Below, piece by piece: positions 50,680 to 64,000 of a stretch of 64,000 bases of DNA (within the stretch, counting starts at the first letter, position 1; each line of letters starts with the position of its first letter). The notes under the pieces were generated by a model, which was given only the letters and a program-made list of their open reading frames with translations, searched no databases and had not been told where the DNA came from. The stretch is from contig MU008167.1 of NCBI GenBank assembly GCA_010909165.1, forward strand, positions 1 to 64,000, in the 5' to 3' direction. A program made the translations under genes and the position numbers. This DNA comes from Anthoceros angustus (taxonomy: Eukaryota; Plantae; Anthocerotophyta).

Positions 50680-51060
50680 AAAGATCATTGAAGGTGGCAT
50701 AAGAGCACGAAGTCGTATAATAAAACACCATTGAAGATGACATAAGAACCAAGTGGCATAAGACAAGGAAAGGCATAATCAAACACCATTGAAGATGACA
50801 TAAGACCACCAAGTGGCGTAAGACATTGAAAGTTGGCATAACTAAATACCTTTGAAGATGACATAAGAGCACCAAGTGGGATAAGAGCACAGTTGGCTCA
50901 ATCAAACACCATTGAAGATGACATAAGAGCATTGAAGTGGCATAAGACAAGGAAAGCTAGCATAATCAAACACCATTGAAGATGACATAAGAGCAAGTAA
51001 GACAACAAAAGTGGCATAATCAAACACCATTGAAGATGATATAAGACCACCAAGTGGCAA
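50680..51060 (+). repeat. ~60 bp minisatellite, 6 monomers
   Basis: Direct reading. Confidence 0.9.
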
Positions 51061-51317
51061 GAAAAAGCGCTATAAACTATAAAGTATATGGCATCATAAT
51101 TGGGGACTTATCTCAATGGATAAATGTTTGGGGCAAAGAGCTTTTAGTATCGCTTAATCGAAAGCGACCCCATGAGCTGGGTTCCACAAGGCGTTGGTAC
51201 ACATTACTAACTCACCCCAATGCATTGAGATATTTTAATACAAGATTTGTTAAAACACGATAGTCTGCATTAAATCATGGCGAGATTTAGATCACGTTAC
51301 CCATGATCTAAATCTTG

Positions 51318-52876
51318 ACGCGATGAGGGTCCGCCTCGGTTTGGCTCATCCTCCGCCTCTTCTCTTTCCACGTGCGGTTGTGGAGCTGCCATCGACGATT
51401 CCGGATCCCATTTGGCCCGTTGTCCCGTGGAGGGCAACGTGTTACGCGACGCCGCCGTTTGGCGGCGTCATGTTTTCGATAACTAAGGAGGCGGATTTTT
51501 TCCATACAGGGAGCGCCCATATACATTGCGTAATGGCGTGTCACTCAGGGCGGACCTTTTTTATACTAGGGGGGAGCAAATTTACATCGCTGATGTGGTT
51601 GTCACGGATCCCACGAGACTCCGTGCGAGCACGTCATCATCAACCCCGGCGGGTGGCGGAAGGATGCGCAACTAGCAAGACTCACAAGTACCCTCCTTTG
51701 CAAGACGGCCATGTTTTCATCCCCTCATCCTCGAGACTCATGGGGCTATGGGCAAGGACTTCTCTAGGTTAATTAAGGAGTGTGCAAAAGCCTATCACGA
51801 CCACAGAATTGGAGGCCTCCCCTTTCCTCTGTGGTGGCTTTCTTTTGCCTTTGGGTTTTCATAGCGCTGCTAACGTTGTTTATAGGACGGCCACAGCGCA
51901 GGACTAGCGGCTTCTTGACATTGGTGGTAGGTAGGCCCTTCATCATCCCCGATCACGATATCATTGGTGCGAGGTAGTTACGGAAAGGCATTCGAGGACT
52001 AGGACTTCCCTTTTTATACTAGGGGAGCAAATTTACATCGCTCATGTGGTTGTCACGATCCCACGAGACTCCGTGCGAGCACGTCATCATCAACCCCCGG
52101 CCGGGTGGCGGAAGGATGCGCAACTAGCAAGACTCACAAGTACCTCCTTTGCAAGACGGCCATGTTTTCATCCCCTCATCCTCGAGACTCATGGGGCTAT
52201 GGGCAAGGACTTCTCTAGGTTAATTAAGGAGTGTGCAAAAGCCTATCACGACCACAGAATTGGAGGCCTCCCCTTTCCTCTGTGGTGGCTTTCTTTTGCC
52301 TTTGGGTTTTCATAGCGCTGCTAACGTTGTTTATAGGACGGCCACAGCGCAGGACTAGCGGCTTCTTGACATTGGTGGTAGGTAGGCCCTTCATCATCCC
52401 CGATCACGATATCATTGGTGCGAGGTAGTTACGGAAAGGCATTCGAGGACTAGGACTTCCCTTTTTATACTAGGGGAGCAAATTTACATCGCTCATGTGG
52501 TTGTCACGGATCCCACGAGACTCCGTGCGAGCACGTCATCATCAACCCCGGGCTGGGTGGCGGAAGGATGCGCAACTAGCAAGACTCACAAGTACCCTCC
52601 TTTGCAAGACGGCCATGTTTTCATCCCCTCATCCTCGAGACTCATGGGGCTATGGGCAAGGACTTCTCTAGGTTAATTAAGGAGTGTGCAAAAGCCTATC
52701 ACGATACGGGTGGAGGCCTCCCCTTTCCTCTGTGGTGGCTTTCTTTTGCCTTTGGGTTTTCATATGTGAAAGCACCTTCGCGTTTATAGGACGGCCACAG
52801 CGCAGGACTAGCGGCTTCTTGACATTGGTGGTAGGCCTTCATCATCCCCGATCACGATATCATTGGTGCGAGGTAG
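51318..52876 (+). mobile_element. RLE retrotransposon 3' fragment (unit 3), endonuclease half triplicated
   Basis: Homolog of 35008-35674; repeats start at 51555, 52009 and 52460. Confidence 0.85.
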
Positions 52877-55830
52877 TTACGGAAAGGCATTCGAGGACTA
52901 GGACTTCCCTTTACTATTAGCCCTTTTAGGTTGTTCCTCCTTGGACTTAAGGGTTGATGGCATTTCCTATCTCGCCTATTAAGAACGTCTACTCTACTCT
53001 TCTTACACATGATTGAAGTGCAACGTCCATTACTTTATGCCTTTATTTTTCATTACCATGTTGTATTATGTCATTTTTTTTATTTCTTATTATTTGCAAC
53101 TAGACATCATTTACTATGTTTTTCTTGTTTTCTCAGCCATGACTACTTTTATGGATGCGGGTTTTAAATGCGGGCTGGGAGGACGGGTATCGGCACTCCA
53201 TAGGGGTATTTGTGGGTCATCCCCGACTTCACTTTCTCACCATGACTACTTTTATGGATGCGGGTTTTAAATGCGGGCTGGGAGGACGATCGGCGGCCTC
53301 CATAGGGGTATTTGTGGGTCATCCGACTTCACTTCTGCTCACCATGACTCCTAGAGATCATGAGTCTTCTCACAAACATACAAAACCACTTCTTCCAAGG
53401 GAGAGAAAGCGTAACAAGAGTTCTCGACCAACTACTAAAACCCATCAAGACTTTTGTGTCCGAGTCGCCTTGGAGATTTGGAAGCCAATAGGCCCGGACA
53501 ACATCCTAGGAGGTTGGGAAGCTAGCGAGCCTTGGTGACATATTTACAATGATTTACTTAACTTAAGAGAAAGTAAAGTCTCGCGTTATGAGGACTCGCG
53601 AGGAGACCAACGTACCCCATCCGACGGGACCAACTTAGCGGATGCTGGAAATCGAAGAGCTTCACTCAGCTGAAGCTAAAGAGCAAGCTATCACTAGTTC
53701 ATAGCGGTCGGTGGATTCGTAACTTCGTAAGAAAATTGTTATCGTGCTTTAGCAAATCTTTCTTTAAGATCTCTTATTTTATTATATTGGGGTGATCAAT
53801 CCCTAATTATGGTACCATATTCTTTATAATTTATAGTGCATTCTTAGATTATGCCATCTTTATGGTCTTGTGCCACCTTTATGGTCTTTGATTGTGCCAC
53901 CTCTGTGGACTTTTGCCACCTTCGTGGACTTTTGTTTTGCCAACCTTGGTGGTCTTTTCTCATGCCACCTTATGCCACTTTCTACTTGATGAAGGTAGCT
54001 CCAGCTTGCTCTAAGGTGGGATGAAATAATCGGAACGAGATCCGGATCATCAAAACACTCTGCCTCCTAATATTCCTTCTCCACATAGGTTTGCACATCA
54101 TTCTCGCCATTTTGGAGGTGCTCATGCACACTCCACGACCTGCACAACTTGACTACGTGAGGCCTTGCTCAATGTTTGCTCGATGTGTGTTCACAAAATC
54201 TGCGAGCATCGTAGTTTCTTCAACTCTTGTGTCAACCCAACTGCACACTTGAGAGTTAGTACCACATTATGAAGCCTATCCACTTGTAGTTATGCTCCAA
54301 CATTGCTTTCAATACATAGAAATGGATTTTTCACTCTAAGCAAATGTGACATGATACACATGCACAAAGTTCCAAATTCGAGACTAGTACCCACAACTCG
54401 GCTCCTTCTTTCACATGTAACTGTCGTTACATTGCTCCAAAAATAACAAAATGGTATCATTTTGTTCTTCTTGTTGAGCGCTAATAGATGGATATATCAA
54501 AACAATTACAATTGGTTGAGCATTTGGTGAGAAATTGCCCGCTTTCTCTGATTAATTCCTCAAGGCCCATGTTCCGTCGTTTTAGTGACTCAAAAACTAC
54601 ATGTTTGGCACCATTATGTTCCTCTTGTTGAGTTCTATCAGATGATACCAAGATTACAATTGGCCAAGTATTTTGCGAAAAACTCAGCCTCACTTTTTTC
54701 GTCACCGCTAACCTCACATGGGCATTGGTTAGCTGGAGTTTGCTGGAGGAATGAAGAGTCGTGCAGGAATCCTTCTTCAAACCAGCACCCCTCTCATCTT
54801 TGGGCACCTCTAGATGCATAAGGATTACATCATCACGTTTGTGAAAACATCAGCCCTCAAAGTGTCTTTGTTGACCGTATGAGCATCTCCTGTGTGTGAA
54901 TGGGGTTTTACGAGCGCTCGTCTTGAGGACATGCTCGTCAATTGCATCTCCATCAACCACTGCACCTTGCCACCACATGAGCGTTTACGTCCTCACAGAT
55001 TGTCCAAAAGTCTACATTTTTTTTGCTCACTGTGTGCATACATGTGTCTTCATCAACCACTTGAGTGCCTGTATATGAGTCTTCACCAGTTGACTGAGCG
55101 CCGTTGCATATGTCTTCACCGCGCTCGAGCGCTGCATGTGTGTTCACTGTTGCCATGTTTTGTATTCTTGTGCACCTCCTGTTTGTTTAGTGGGCACAAG
55201 ATGAACCCTCTTCCACAACATTGTCGGCATGTAAAGACATCACGTCAGATCAATGTCTTCCTTCATGGAGTAAGAGCTGACCAATTTGCTTGCTACCAAA
55301 TCCTTGCCTTCATCTCCGGATAGCGTCGCCCGATTAGGTTTTTCTCATTCTTCCTTGGCTCTCGCTGCAATTTCCTCACTTTCAACGCAGAAACTACTTG
55401 TTATGCGTCCTCCTCGAGCAATCCCCGTCAGACGTGTACCCTTCACTAGTACCCTTCCACCGCCACTGCCTCCCAACATTGTTGTGTTTGCATCGATTCC
55501 CGGCCTTGCCTTGCCTTGCCTTTCTTCCACCTATGCTTCAACCCTAATTTTTCCTCCAACCAGGCGGGGCGTTGGAAGGCGTGCATGAGAGGCCCATTTG
55601 ATTCTGACCTCTCCTTTTGTGATGAAGTGGGACCTGCTCCTCGGGAGGTGGGGCCTGTTCCTCCACTTTCTTCCCCCTTTTGTCCGTAGGCCTCTTCTCT
55701 TCCTTGTTTACCTTCTCTTGAAGTTGCGCAATTTGGGGTCTCACTCAATTAGCGTTGCTCTTCAATTCATGAACCAATCTACATTATTGAATACACAGAC
55801 ATGATCAATTCCTTCCTGGATATCCATTGC

Positions 55831-56186
55831 TCATTCCTCTAAATAAGCATGCTTTCGACATAATGGCATGTAAATATCTTCATCCCCAACAACGATTTGA
55901 GGTAATAATTTTCCAATTCTATGTGTGAATGGTGCAGCAACCTTGCTAAATAATTTACATTTGGCTAGCAATGTTTCTATTCTATCAACTAATGGAATCA
56001 ATTGTAATAACTTTCCAAATAGTTTTTGGACTATCCCGTCAATCGCCACCATTATTTTTCTTTCCTTTATCTCGCACTTAACTACGGTTGCTAGTCTACC
56101 GCTTCTCGTTCTAATCGTATGCTTCTTAACAAGTAACTTGTTTTGCCACTAAACATAGGTACCATAATAATGAAAAATTTCTCCAT
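55831..56186 (-). pseudogene. Thymidine kinase remnant (unit 3)
   Basis: Homolog of 39027-39375. Confidence 0.85.
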
Positions 56187-58927
56187 TTTATCATCGTCAC
56201 TTATGGGATTATATTCAGAAACAAAACAAGTATTCTTTTGAAAGTAAGAAGGTCTCAAGCTGATCAAGCTAGAGTAAGAAATTCTAAACTAATCCAACTA
56301 GAACAAGAAACTCTAAAGTGATCGTGCTACATTATGAGTTGTTTTCTAATGGATTTTGTCTAATCAACTAAATAAACAATCACAAATGATCAAAACAAAG
56401 AATACATGATTCAATTGATAAGTCAAAGCTTAAGATTTTGCATTATGAATTACAAATCATGAAAATTGTGCATGCGAAATGGCGTGAACACAATAATCAC
56501 GAGAAGTTTCAAAGAATGCTTATTTTCGGTGAAAACTGTTTATATAACTTTCTATTAATTTTTACTAACGACCAACAGTCAAAGCTCTATGTGAAACTTA
56601 TTAAGATTATGGTCTTGATAACGCTTTCCGATTAATTGCAATTTCTTTGAATCCTTCACATTCCAATCAATTATAATTAACTTGTTCCATTGGGCTCTCT
56701 TCGCATTGGTTTCTTCGGTTTTGTAACTCACTCGCAAATTATTACCTACTCAAAATGCTTGAATTAGTATCTAATAGGCCTCTCTGGAGCAGGCCTCATA
56801 GACTCACATTAATTAATCCAACATTGCAAATCGATGACCTCTTGAGTCATGACATTGTGCCTCTTGCTTCCTCTATTTCTTGTGACAGGCTAACACTAAC
56901 AAGGATGGCGTGAAGGTAATCCTGAAGAGTAAAACTTGGACTAAGTCAACATGTAGATCGTCGAAAATCAACACATAAAACAAAGAATTTGAAAACTCAA
57001 AACTTGAAATCAAAAATCAAAAGTTGAGCCACAAAACAAATAAGGAAAATCAACAGCTCAAAACAAAGATCGAAATCCCAAAATGAATATAAACAAATAA
57101 GGGTGCGGATGTACAATGTCATTACATGCACAACATTGTTTTGTTACAATGTACAATGCCATTTACAATACACAACACCACTTGTAAAATTTTCAGTTAC
57201 GAATGCACGTCACAATGAAAACGAAAATAGATCTTAAACATGTAGTTCGACCATATCTAAACATCTTTTATATATACACACATAGGTATATAGAATTTGT
57301 ATCTTGCATTTCATTCAAAAGAAGCCCGTAGCCGTGCCAATGGGCGGCCTCGTGAACTCTTACAACCTGACCCGTAGAGACATGAATGAGAGGATGGGTG
57401 GCACCCCATCTTATCACCGATTCGATTGGCGACAATGGAGTTCCAATGAGCTCACGTGTTTGGATGTCGCTCCTTCAAGGAGGACTACAAAACAAATATT
57501 ATTTCACCTTTTGGCTTTTGATTCAACGTTTGAATGTGTCGTTTTGTTTCAACCTTTTGTGAAACGAGACGCGTTTGTTTGCTTGATGCATTTTGCAACT
57601 TTTAGCTTAGCTTTAGCCTCCCTTGAAATGGTTGGTAGCACTTTTCTCTTCTTAAAAGCACCTTGACTACTTCTTGGAGCCAATAATTTTTAGTTGGAGC
57701 TTTTCTTAAAGGCTTGAGGTTGAATTATTATGCTTAAGAGCAACTTGAATCTTGTTATCAAGTTGAGCAACAATGCTGGTCATAACTTCCATGTATAATT
57801 TATGGAAATCAATATTCAAAACTTCGAGTGTGGAGCACTTGAATCTTGCACCAAGTTATCCCACTCATAGTTTGATTGTTCAATGATATTGCTTAATATG
57901 CTTTTGTGAACCAGAACCGTCCTTATGTTTAGAGGAAGTAGATAGTTTCTCTTGTCTCTTGAGATCTTTAAATTTATCTCTAGAGATATCTACTATTGCA
58001 CAGTATAAAATACACTTCTTGGGTCCGAAAGTATTTTTTTCCGCCATTCAAGTAATGCTTGCTTTATTTTTGTAATACTTGAGCATGTATTACAACAAGG
58101 TGCTTAGACACTTGACTTCCTTGAAAACTTGTTCGATATGCATTGCATCTCATCAATGTGATGCGATATTAAGCGATGAATCGCTCGCATATGTTGACAT
58201 TTTTCCAACATTTTGGCGTGCATAACTCCCTCGGTGTGAGTTGAGTTTAAAAGGCTAGCGAGATCGCTTGTTAATTAATGATAAAAGGATCATTAACACA
58301 CCAATGTTTTAAAACATAAATAAACAAAGATGTGTTATCAAGGAGAAAAGAACAAAACCCCGAGCAAATAAAACAAAACCACACCTACCTCGGGGCTAGC
58401 AGCTCACTTCCTTGTGCTCACTTCCCAAAGGCTCAGCTCTATAAATACTACATGTACTTGCTATTTCTAGCGTTTAGGGTTTCACCCTCATCTCCTCCTT
58501 ACAATAAAGAATATCCCATCCCTTGTTATTTCTAGCTAAGCATTCTTCTTGTTTATAGCTAAATATAATATATTAAATCACATTTACTCATTTTTCATGA
58601 TGGGCTCTCCCATCATCTCTCCTCCCTCAATAGAACTTCATTTTTATTTCTTATTATTTGCAACTAGACATCATTTACTATGTTTTTCTTGTTTTCTCAG
58701 CCATGACTACTTTTATGAATGCGGGTTTTAAACAAGGATGCGAGAATGGGCCCTCCACCTCGTAGGGGCATCGGGGTCATCCGACTTTACTTTTGCTCAC
58801 GATGACTCCTAGAGATCATGAGTCTTCTCACAACCATACAAAACCACTTCTTCTAAGGAGAGAAGCCTACCAGAGTTTCTCGACCAACTACTAAAAACTA
58901 TCAAGACGTCTCTCCGAGTGGCGCAGT

Positions 58928-59480
58928 CAAAGATCATTGAAGGTGGCATAAGAGCACGAAAGTTGGCATAACTAAATACCTTTGAAGATGACATAAAACC
59001 AAGTGGCATAAGACAAGGAAAGGCATAATCAAACACCATTGAAGATGACATAAGACCACCAAGTGGCGAAGACATTGAAAGTTGGCATAACTAAATACCT
59101 TTGAAGATGACATAAGAGCACCTGGTATAATAAAACACCATTGAAGATGATAAGAGCACAAGTGGCATAAGACAAGGAAAGGCGGCATAATCAAACACCA
59201 TTGAAGATGACATAAGACCACCAAGTGGCGAAGACATTGAAAGTTGGCATAACTTCTAAATACCTTTGAAGATGACATAAGAGCAAGTGGGATAAGAGCA
59301 CGAAAGTTGGCTCAATCAAACACCATTGAAGATGACATAAAAGCAAGTGGCATAAGACAAGGAAAGCTAGCATAATCAAACACCATTGAAGATGACATAA
59401 GAAACCAAGTGGCGGAAGACAACAAAAAACATAATCAAACACCATTGAAGATGATATAAGACCACTGTTCAAAGGTGGCA
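58928..59480 (+). repeat. ~60 bp minisatellite, 9 monomers
   Basis: Direct reading. Confidence 0.9.
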
Positions 59481-59737
59481 AGAAAAAGCGCTATAAACTA
59501 TAAAGTATATGGCATCATAATTGGGGACTTATCTCAATGGATAAATGTTTGGGGCAAAGAGCTTTTAGTATCGCCTAATCGAAAGCGACCCCATGAGCTG
59601 GGTTCCACAAGGCGTTGGTACACATTACTAACTCACCCCAATGCATTGAGATATTTTAATACAAGATTTGTTAAAACACGATGTGCATTAAATCATGGCG
59701 AGATTTAGATCACGTTACCCATGATCTAAATCTTGAG

Positions 59738-60387
59738 ACCGATGAGGGTCCGCCTCGGTTTGGCTCATCCTCCGGCCTCTTCTCTTTCCACGTAGGTTGT
59801 GGAGCTGCCATCGACGATTCCGGTCCCATTTGGCCCGTTGTCCCGTGGAGGGGCAACGATGTACGCATGACGCCGCTTGGCGGCGTCATGTTTTCGATAA
59901 CTAAGGAGGCGGATTTTTTCCGTGCAGGCGCCCATATACATTGCATAATGGCGTGTCACTCGTATGACCTTTTTATACTAGGGGAGCAAATTTACATCGC
60001 TCATGTGGTTGTCACGGATCCCACGAGAGACTCAGTGTCGAGCACGTCATCATCAACCCCGGTGGGTGGCGGAAGGATGCGCAACTAGCAAGACTCACAA
60101 GTACCTCCTTGCAAGACGGCCATGTTTTCATCCCCTCATCCTCGAGACTCATGGGGCTATGGGCAAGGACTTCTCTAGGTTAATTAAGGAGTGTGCAAAA
60201 GCCTATCACGTCCACGGTGGAGGGCCTCCCCTTTCCTCTGTGGTGGCTTTCTTTCGCCTTTGGGTTTTCATAGCAGAAAGCGCTAACGTTGTTTATAGGG
60301 GCGCTGACGGGGACTAGCGGCTTCTTGACATTGGTGGTAGGTAGGCCCTTCATCATCCCCGATCACGATATCATTGGTGCGAGGTAG
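59738..60387 (+). mobile_element. RLE retrotransposon 3' fragment (unit 4)
   Basis: Homolog of 35008-35674. Confidence 0.85.
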
Positions 60388-63240
60388 TTACGGAAAGGCA
60401 TTCGAGGACTAGGACTTCCCTTTACTATTAGCCCTTTTAGGTTGTTCCTCCTTGGACTTAAGGGTTGATGGCATTTCCTATCTCGCCTATTAAGAACGCT
60501 CTACTCTACTCTTCTTACACATGATTAAAGTGCAACGTCCATTACTTTTATGCCTTTATTTTTTTATTACCATGTTGTATTATGTCATTTTTTTATTTCT
60601 TATTATTTGCAACTAGACATCATTTACTATGTTTTTCTTGTTTTCTCACCATGACTACTTTTATGGATGCGGGTTTTAAATGCGGTGGGAGGACTGGGTA
60701 TCGGCACTCCATAGGGGTATTTGTGGGTCATCCCGACTTCACTTTCTCACCATGACTCCTAGAGATCATGAGTCTTCTCACAAACATACAAAACCACTTC
60801 TTCCAAGGGAGAAACGTAACAAGAGTTCTCGACCAACTACTAAAACCCATCAAGACTTTTGTGTCCGAGTCGCCTTGGAGATTTGGAAGCCAATAGGCCT
60901 GGACAACATCCTAGGAGGTTGGGAAGCTAGCAGCCTTGGTGACATATTTACAATGATTTACTTAACTTAAGAGAAAGTAAAGTCTCGCGTTATGAGGACT
61001 CGACGAGGGAGACCAACGCATTCCCCATCCGACGGGACCAACTTAGCGGATGCGAAATCGAAGAGCTTCACTCATTGAAGCTAAAGAGCAAGCTATCACT
61101 AGTTCATAGCGGTCGGTGGATTCGTAACTTCGTAAGAAAATTGTTATCGTGCTTTAGCAAATCTTTCTTTAAGATCTCTTATTTTATTATATTGGGGTGA
61201 TCAATCCCTAATTATGGTACCATATTCTTTATAATTTATAGTGCATTCTTAGATTATGCCATCTTTATGGTCTTGTGCCACCTTTATGGTCTTTGATTGT
61301 GCCACCTCAGGACTTTTGCCACCTTCGTGGACTTTTGTTTTGCCAACCTTGGTGGTCTTTTCTCATGCCACCTTATGCCACTTTCTACTTGATGAAGGTA
61401 GCTCCAGCTTGCTCTAAGGTGGGATGAAATAATCGTAACCCAGATCCGGATCATCAAAACACTGCCTCCCTAATATTCCTTCTCCACATAGGTTTGCACA
61501 TCATTCGCCATTTTGGAGGTGCTCATGCACACACTCCACGACCTGCACAACTTGACTACGTGAGGCCCTGCTCAATGTTTGCTCGATGTGTGTTCACAAA
61601 AATGCATTGCGAGCATCGTAGTTTCTTCAACTCTTGTGTCAACCCAACTGCACACTTGAGAGTTAGTACCACCGATGAGAAGCCTATCCACTTGTAGTTA
61701 TGCTCCAACATTGCTTTCAATACATAGAAATGGATTTTTCACTCTAAGCAAATGTGACATGATACACATGCACAAAGTTCCAAATTCGAGACTAGTACCC
61801 ACAACTCAGCTCCTTCTTTCACATGTAACTGTTGTTACATTGCTCCAAAAATAACAAAAATGGTATCATTTTGTTCTTCTTGTTGAGCGCTAATAGATGG
61901 ATATATCAAAACAATTACAATTGGTTGAGCATTTGGTGAGAAATTGCCCGCTTTCCTGGGTTGTAATTCCTCAAGGCCCATGTTCCGTCGTTTTAGTGAC
62001 TCAAAAACTACATGTTTGGCACCATTATGTTCCTCTTGTTGAGTTCTATCGATGATACCAAGATTACAATTGGCCAAGTATTTTGCGAAAAACTCAGCCT
62101 CACTTTTTTCGTCGCTAACCTCACATGGGCATTGGTTAGCTGGAGTTTGCTGGAGGAATGAAGAGTCTGTGCAGGAATCCTTCTTCAAACCAGCACCCCT
62201 CTCATCTTTGGGCACCTCTAGATGCATAAGGCGATTACGTCATCACGTTTGTGAAAACATCACCCTCAAAGTGTCTTTGTTGGACCGTATGAGCATCTCC
62301 GGTGTGTAGAATGGGGTTTTACGAGCGCTCGTCTTGAGGACATGCTCACAATTGCATCTCCATCAACCACCTGCACCTTTGCTACCACATGAGCGTTCGT
62401 CCTCACAGTGCCCAAAAGTCTACATTTTTTGCTCACCTGTGTACACATGTGTCTTCATCAACCGCTTGAGTGCACACATGTGTCTTCATCAACCGCTTGA
62501 GTGCTGTATATGAGTCTTCACAGTTGCCCGGTGCGCCTTTCACCGGCCCGCTGGCGCCGTTGCATGTGTTCACCACTGCCTTTGTATTCTTGTGCACCTC
62601 CTGTTTGTTTCCGTGGGCACAAGATGAACCCTCTTCCACAACATTGTCGGCATGTAAAGACATCACGTCAGATTAATGTCTTCCTTCACTGGAGTAAGAG
62701 CTGACCAATTTGCTTGCTACCAAATCCTTGCCTTCATCTCCGTGTAGCCCGATTAGGTTTTTCTCATTCTTCCTTGGCTCTCGCTGCAATTTCCTCACTT
62801 TCAAGCAGTTTACTTATGCGTCCTCCCTCGAAAACAGCTGTCCCCGTCCACGGCACGTACCCTTCACTAGTACCCTTCCACTCTTGTCTCCCAACATTGT
62901 TGTGTTTGCATCTCGATTCGGCCTTGCCTTGCCTTGCCTTTCTTCCACCTATGCTTCAACCCTAATTTTCCTCCAACCAGTGAGACGTTGGGCGTGCATG
63001 AGAGGCCCATTTGATTCCCCGACCTCTCCTTTTGTGATGAAGTGGGACTGCTCCTCGGGAGGTGGGCCTGTTCCTCCACTTTCTTCCCCTTTTGTCCGTA
63101 GGCCTCTTCTCTTCCTTGTTTACCTTCTCTTGAAGTTGCGCAATTTGGGGTCTCACTCAATTAGCGTTGCTCTTCAATTCATGAACTAATCTACATTATT
63201 GAATACATGACATGATCAATTCCTTCCGGATATCCATTGC

Positions 63241-63597
63241 TCATTCCTCCAAATAAGCATGCTTTCGACATAATGGCATGTAAATATCTTCATCCCCAAC
63301 AACGACTTGAGGTAATAATTTTCCAATTCTATGTGTGAATGGTGCGACAACCTTGCCACATAATTTACATTTGGCTAGCAATGTTTCTATTCTATCAACT
63401 AATGGAATCAATTGTAATAACTTTCCAAATAGTTTTTGTACTATCCCCGTCCAATCGCCACCATTATTTTTCTTTCCTTTATCTGTCGACTTAACTACGG
63501 TTGCTAGTCTACCTTCTCGTTCTAATCGTATGCTTCTTAACAAGTAACTTGTTTTGCCACTAAACATAGGTACCATAATAATGAAAAATTTCTCCAT
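63241..63597 (-). pseudogene. Thymidine kinase, open 118 aa frame lacking the central DEAQF segment (unit 4)
   Basis: MEKFFIIMVPMFSGKTSYLLR...GKLLQLIPLVDRIETLLAKCKLCG...GDEDIYMPLCRKH. Confidence 0.88.
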
Positions 63598-64000
63598 TTT
63601 ATCGCATACTTATGGGATTATATTCATGAAACAAAACAAGTATTCTTTTGAAAGTAAGAAGGTCTCAAGCTGATCAAGCTAGAGTAAGAAATTCTAAACT
63701 AATCCAACTAGAACAAGAAACTCTAAAGTGATCGTACAACATTATGAGTTGTTTTCTAATGGATTTTGTCTAATCAACTAAATAAACAATCACAAATGAT
63801 CGTAACAAAGAATACATGATTCAATTGATAAGTCAAAGCTTAAGATTTTGCATTATGAATTACAAATCATGAAAATTGTGCATGCGAAATGGCCGTGAAC
63901 ACAATAATCACGCGAGAAGTTTCAAAAGAATGCTTATTTTACGGTGAAAACTGCTTATATAACTTTCTATTAATTTTTACTAACGGTACAATAGCAGTCA

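Larger units (their letters stand above)
49093..57354. repeat. Tandem array unit 3 (8262 bp, includes a ~452 bp triplication at 51555-52912 and a ~100 bp duplication near 53130-53340)
   Basis: Colinear with unit 1. Confidence 0.95.
57355..64000. repeat. Tandem array unit 4 (runs off the window; minisatellite expanded)
   Basis: Colinear with unit 1. Confidence 0.95.

Noticed and set aside
58934-59481. Minus-strand LCHLQWCLI repeat ORFs over the minisatellite
   Set aside because: Open frames follow from the repeat, and frames differ between units.
32790-64000. Array as functional 5S or 45S rDNA
   Set aside because: No 18S, 5.8S or 28S sequence; the 5S-like relic lacks an A box and needs several gaps.

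Overview
Eukaryotic, plant-like repeat DNA; the retroelement motifs suggest a non-flowering streptophyte, which is an inference. I found no intact host gene. Left half (1 to ~32,790): nested, fragmented Ty3/gypsy LTR retrotransposons of non-chromovirus type. There are four family A LTRs and a partly triplicated family B LTR, two PBS, one degenerate PR-RT-RH-INT pol, a second integrase remnant, a conserved extra ORF between pol and the 3' LTR, microsatellites and a 5S rRNA-like fragment. Right half (32,790-64,000): a head-to-tail array of four copies (the last incomplete) of a ~7.2 kb composite unit. Each unit carries an internally deleted thymidine kinase, a 5'-truncated CRE/R2-type retrotransposon endonuclease end, a ~60 bp minisatellite forming one arm of a diverged inverted repeat, two or three degenerate unidentified ORFs and a possible 5S-derived relic at the unit junction. 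Each unit also has its own private internal tandem duplication. Many frameshifts fall at homopolymers and CG sites and may be long-read consensus errors. All alignments were done by eye and boundaries are approximate.
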